Shown: positions 35,188-38,263 of the stretch, in pieces
Numbering within the stretch: the stretch's first letter is position 1
How the letters are laid out: every line of letters starts with the position of its first letter
Source of the DNA: Nitrospinales bacterium
Lineage (GTDB): Bacteria; Nitrospinota; Nitrospinia; Nitrospinales; JAJDAT01
Assembly (NCBI GenBank): GCA_046757665.1
Contig: JBHHYO010000015.1
Span: forward strand, 1-38,263
DNA length: 38,263 bases
Direction of reading: 5' to 3'
Position numbers and translations under genes: made by a program
The notes under the pieces: generated by a model
Seen by the model: the letters and a program-made list of their open reading frames with translations, nothing else
Told to the model about the DNA's origin: nothing
Database searches by the model: none

Positions 35188-35865
35188 TTACAAATCCAGC
35201 CGCGTCAAAAATTCGCCCGTGGCGCGGCAATGGTTGCCGCCGCCATGCGCCAGCAGGCGTAAGTGGGTTTTTAAAAACCGCAGGTCCGCCAGCGTATCCA
35301 CATCGTACCACAACGGGAGAAGTTCCAGTGTGGCCCCGGTGTTTTTAATGCGTTCCAGGGTTGCCTCGAGCACCGTCTCCGAGCCCCAGGCCACGGCGTC
35401 GAAAATCTCCGTCACCCGGCGGTTCATGCCGACCAGGTAATAACCGCCGTCGGCGGAAGGCCCCAGCACCACGTCACGTGAAGAGCGAAACGCCGTTTCG
35501 ATATAAGCCGGTGGAAGGGAGGGGCTGTCCGAGCCGACGATCATGGTTTTTTCGTAGCCTTCCGCGAACCGGTCGCGGAAGGCGTTGCGCATCCTTTCCC
35601 CCAGCCCTTCGCCTTCCTGGGCAAAAACCGCGATCCCCCGACGCGCCGCCACCTCATCGAACCAACCCGACTGCTCCGGCGGATACGCGCCGATAAAAGG
35701 GTCAACCTCCCGTAACGAGCACAGCGTGTCGATGCCGTCGTCCAGAAAACACCGGTAAAGTTTGCAAATCGTTTCGTGGTCCAAGTCCGGGTGCAGGCGA
35801 GTCTTGACCCGCCCCAATCGGGGAGCCCGCGCAAATAAAATCAGTGCGTTCGCATGGGATTTCAT
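35188..35865 (-). CDS. DUF2064 / TIGR04282-family glycosyltransferase-like protein
   Basis: LFARAPRLGRVKTRL, QEGEGLGERM, VGSDSPSL, LGPSADGGYYLVG and WYDVDT motifs. Confidence 0.92.
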   Translation of the reverse strand: MKSHANALILFARAPRLGRVKTRLHPDLDHETICKLYRCFLDDGIDTLCSLREVDPFIGAYPPEQSGWFDEVAARRGIAVFAQEGEGLGERMRNAFRDRFAEGYEKTMIVGSDSPSLPPAYIETAFRSSRDVVLGPSADGGYYLVGMNRRVTEIFDAVAWGSETVLEATLERIKNTGATLELLPLWYDVDTLADLRFLKTHLRLLAHGGGNHCRATGEFLTRLDL

Positions 35866-35882
35866 AACCGCCAAGGCTCCCT

Positions 35883-36036
35883 GGCACTTCGTTGCAAAAG
35901 TTCATAGCCGTTATTTCACGCTTCGACAGAGCCTGTCCTGAGCCCGCCGAAGGGCTCAGCGTGACAGCCAGGTTGTCGTCCTGAGTCCGTCGAAGGGCGA
36001 CATTTTCCGGTTACTTAATCTTTGCAACGAAGCGCC
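35883..36036. mobile_element. MITE-like element with 16-bp terminal inverted repeats and internal REP-like palindromes
   Basis: GGCACTTCGTTGCAAA...TTTGCAACGAAGCGCC (15/16); internal 21-nt direct repeat at 35935-35955 and 35978-35998 (19/21); hairpin CTGAGCCC-gccgaa-GGGCTCAG. Confidence 0.65.
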
Positions 36037-36052
36037 CGCATCAAGTATTGGT

Positions 36053-36081
36053 TTGACTCCGGGCCGGCCGCCCTTTAAAAT
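36053..36081 (+). promoter_or_regulatory. sigma70 promoter for the PAP2-GT9 operon
   Basis: TTGACT-N17-TAAAAT. Confidence 0.7.
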
Positions 36082-36116
36082 TCAATCCATTACCACTTAT
36101 TGCCGGGAGCCGGGCC

Positions 36117-37766
36117 ATTTTTTCCGACTGGGACGTTTCGTTATTCTACTGGATCAACAACCATTTGCATACCCGGATGTTGGACGTTTTCATGGCGTTC
36201 ATCACCAACAAGAAAAACTTTGTCGTCCCCGGCGCACTGCTCATAGCCGCCATCTTGTGGATTCACAAAAAACGCGGCCTGGCGTTTGTGCTGGCCACGA
36301 CGATCATCATTTCCCTCAACGACGTTATCGTCGCCGAGATTTTGAAACCCTTCTTTGCCCGGCCACGGCCCTGCCACGTGCTGGAGGGGCTGGAGCACGT
36401 TACCAGTTGTTCCGGCAACTTTTCCTTTCCCTCGGGCCACGCCAGCAACATCTTCACCTTCGCCGCCATCACCAGCCTGTGCTTCCGCAACACCCTGCCG
36501 CTGGTTTTCATCATTGCCGGCCTGGTCGCCCTGTCCAGGGTGTACCTTGGCGTGCACTATCCCGCGGACGTGATCGCCGGCGCGGCGGTCGGCCTCTTCA
36601 TGGGGTTTCTCGGATACAAACTGTATAACCTCATGCGCCGCGTGTTCGAGGGGAAAAGCCCGCCGGCTCCGGCAGGCGCAAGGAAACAATCAAGGAAAAA
36701 ATTTCTGATCGTCAAATTGAGTTCCCTGGGGGACATCGTGCATACGCTCCCGGTACTGCGAACTCTGCGCGAAAATTATCCCGACGCTTTCATCGCCTGG
36801 ATCGTCGAGGAAAAAGTCAAGGCGGTGCTGTACGGCAACCCGGACCTGGATGAACTGATCGTGGTGCGCACGAAACACTGGCGGCGCAACGGCTCCATCG
36901 AAACGTTGCGGGAAATCGGCGGCGCCGTGCGTCGCCTGCGCGGCCATGCGTTCGACGTCGCGTTCGATTTTCAGGGACTGCTGAAAAGCGGCGTCATCGC
37001 CCGCCTCTCCGGCGCCCGGCGGCGCATCGGCTTTCACCGCGAGGATTGCCGCGAGCGGCTGAACGTTTTGTTCACCAACCGCAAGGCCCCCCGCATCGGC
37101 AAGCCCATCCACGTCGTGGACAAAAACCTCGCCCTGCTGAAGACGCTGGGCATCGACCGGGTCCATAAACAGTTTCCCGTCCGGGTTCCCGGCACGGCCG
37201 ACGAATACATCGAAACCTTCTTCGAGGCCAACCCGGAACTTGCCGCCGGCCCCGTGGTGGCGATCAACCCCGGTGTCGGTTTTCAAACCAAGCGCTGGGA
37301 GCCGCGGCGGTTTGCCGAACTGGCGGACCGCATCGCCGGGGAACTGCACGGCAACCCGCTGTTCACCTGGGGGCCCGGTGAACGGGACATGATCGAGGAA
37401 ATCACCTCGCAAATGAGCCAACGGTTCTGGGTGGCGCCGCCCACCGACGTGCATCAATCCATCGCCCTGTACCGGCGACTGCAACTGTTCGTCGGTTGCG
37501 ACACCGGCCCCCTTCACCTCTGCGCGGTGCTGGGGATTCCCACCGTTTCCCTGTTCGGCCCCACCGACCCGGCGCGCAACGGCCCTTGCGGAGAAGGGCA
37601 CCGCGTCGTTTGCAAACCCCTGCCCTGTAGCTTCTGCTACAAACGGAAATGCCCGACGGACAACGAATGTATGAAAGAGATCACCGTGGAAGAAGTGTTT
37701 GAACCCGTCCGCGAAACCCTTTATAATCACCAACGAACGCCGGCAGACGCCCGGCAAGGCATCTGA
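36117..37766 (+). CDS. PAP2-family phosphatase fused to a GT9 LPS heptosyltransferase (WaaC-like)
   Basis: PAP2 motifs KPFFARPRP, FPSGH and SRVYLGVHYPAD; GT9 motifs IVKLSSLGDIVH, DFQGLLKS and DTGPLHL in one frame. Start proposed at ATT 36117 (ORF track gives TTG 36165). Confidence 0.88.
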   Translation: MFSDWDVSLFYWINNHLHTRMLDVFMAFITNKKNFVVPGALLIAAILWIHKKRGLAFVLATTIIISLNDVIVAEILKPFFARPRPCHVLEGLEHVTSCSGNFSFPSGHASNIFTFAAITSLCFRNTLPLVFIIAGLVALSRVYLGVHYPADVIAGAAVGLFMGFLGYKLYNLMRRVFEGKSPPAPAGARKQSRKKFLIVKLSSLGDIVHTLPVLRTLRENYPDAFIAWIVEEKVKAVLYGNPDLDELIVVRTKHWRRNGSIETLREIGGAVRRLRGHAFDVAFDFQGLLKSGVIARLSGARRRIGFHREDCRERLNVLFTNRKAPRIGKPIHVVDKNLALLKTLGIDRVHKQFPVRVPGTADEYIETFFEANPELAAGPVVAINPGVGFQTKRWEPRRFAELADRIAGELHGNPLFTWGPGERDMIEEITSQMSQRFWVAPPTDVHQSIALYRRLQLFVGCDTGPLHLCAVLGIPTVSLFGPTDPARNGPCGEGHRVVCKPLPCSFCYKRKCPTDNECMKEITVEEVFEPVRETLYNHQRTPADARQGI

Positions 37767-37780
37767 CAGGAGATAACGCC

Positions 37781-37951
37781 ATGGCATTTGACAAGGAACT
37801 ACTCGACATCCTCGCCTGCCCGAAATGCAAGGGCGACCTCACCCTGACACCGGAAGAGGACGGCCTGATCTGCGAACCCTGCAAATTGAAATACGAAATC
37901 AAGGACGACATCCCCATCATGCTGATCGACTCGGCCATCAAACTGGATTAA
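37781..37951 (+). CDS. Trm112-like (UPF0434/YcaR) small protein, 56 aa (absent from the ORF track)
   Basis: MAFDKELLDILACPKCKGDL...CEPCKLKYEIKDDIPIMLID; AGGAG SD. Confidence 0.93.
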   Translation: MAFDKELLDILACPKCKGDLTLTPEEDGLICEPCKLKYEIKDDIPIMLIDSAIKLD

Positions 37952-38072
37952 CCCAAAGGGCCAAGTCCTCACTTGACTACAAGTTGGCGCGCCGACACCT
38001 ACCCCCCTGGCCTTTCCAACCCGCCGGAACAAAAAGGCTATTGCAACCGCATACCTGCACCCGGCGCTATAT

Positions 38073-38263
38073 ATGAGGGACAAAAAACGGAGACCGGAGG
38101 CGGGCAACGCCCGCGGGAAGTGGGCTGAACTTTTGACTGCAATCAAACATCGAAAAGCGCAATGGGTGTCATGGTTCGACTGGCTCACCATGACAGGGGC
38201 GGGCAACGCCCGCGGGAAGTGGGCTGAACTTTTGACCGGGTTCAAGCGTTCACAGGCGCAATC
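38073..38263 (+). CDS. Possible 5' end of a gene leaving the window, with an in-frame 33-aa period duplication
   Basis: Frame open from ATG 38073 to the window end: MRDKKRRPEAGNARGKWAELLT...AGNARGKWAELLT...; no clear SD. Confidence 0.4.
   Translation, partial: MRDKKRRPEAGNARGKWAELLTAIKHRKAQWVSWFDWLTMTGAGNARGKWAELLTGFKRSQAQ
38099..38236. repeat. Exact 39-nt direct repeat, period 99 nt, enclosing a REP-like hairpin
   Basis: GGCGGGCAACGCCCGCGGGAAGTGGGCTGAACTTTTGAC at 38099-38137 and 38198-38236; TGTCATGGT-N11-ACCATGACA lies between them. Confidence 0.9.

Noticed and set aside
35171-35311. Full-length 114-aa HigB as listed in the ORF track
   Set aside because: The extra N-terminus overlaps the DUF2064 gene in another frame and does not resemble HigB.
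38099-38236. CRISPR array
   Set aside because: Only two copies, a 60-nt spacer that is itself a palindrome, similarity extending past the repeat, and no cas genes in view.

Overview
GC-rich bacterial chromosomal window. The gene content, a cytochrome bd-like oxidase clustered with membrane multiheme cytochromes c plus sigma54-driven flagellar export genes, points by inference to a nitrite oxidizer of the Nitrospinota/Nitrospirota type. From left to right: a fragment of an alginate-export-type porin; a BASS transporter; a SAM methyltransferase with a signal-like N-terminus; a DUF1566 protein; an internally deleted hicB-hicA module; a 965-aa coiled-coil/FGE-domain protein; purE-tsaC-acpS-lipid A acyltransferase; a palindromic element and HicB-like relic; DoxX; a minus-strand flagellar cluster (fliL, M, N, O, P, Q, R, flhB, A, F, G, orf, fliA) with three sigma54 promoter motifs; a 1.1 kb intergenic region holding a twin 54-nt structured RNA motif with compensatory substitutions and an anti-SD core (best novelty candidate); ltaE; a stand-alone rpoZ; a five-gene respiratory cluster (CydA-like subunit with a repetitive acidic N-terminus and four c-type cytochromes, 8 CxxCH in total, one apparently a chimera of its two neighbours); hisD; higA with a 5'-truncated higB; a DUF2064 protein; a MITE-like element; a PAP2 phosphatase-heptosyltransferase fusion probably starting at ATT; a Trm112-like gene; and a duplicated 39-nt repeat at the window end. 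All calls come from reading the sequence; no searches were run.
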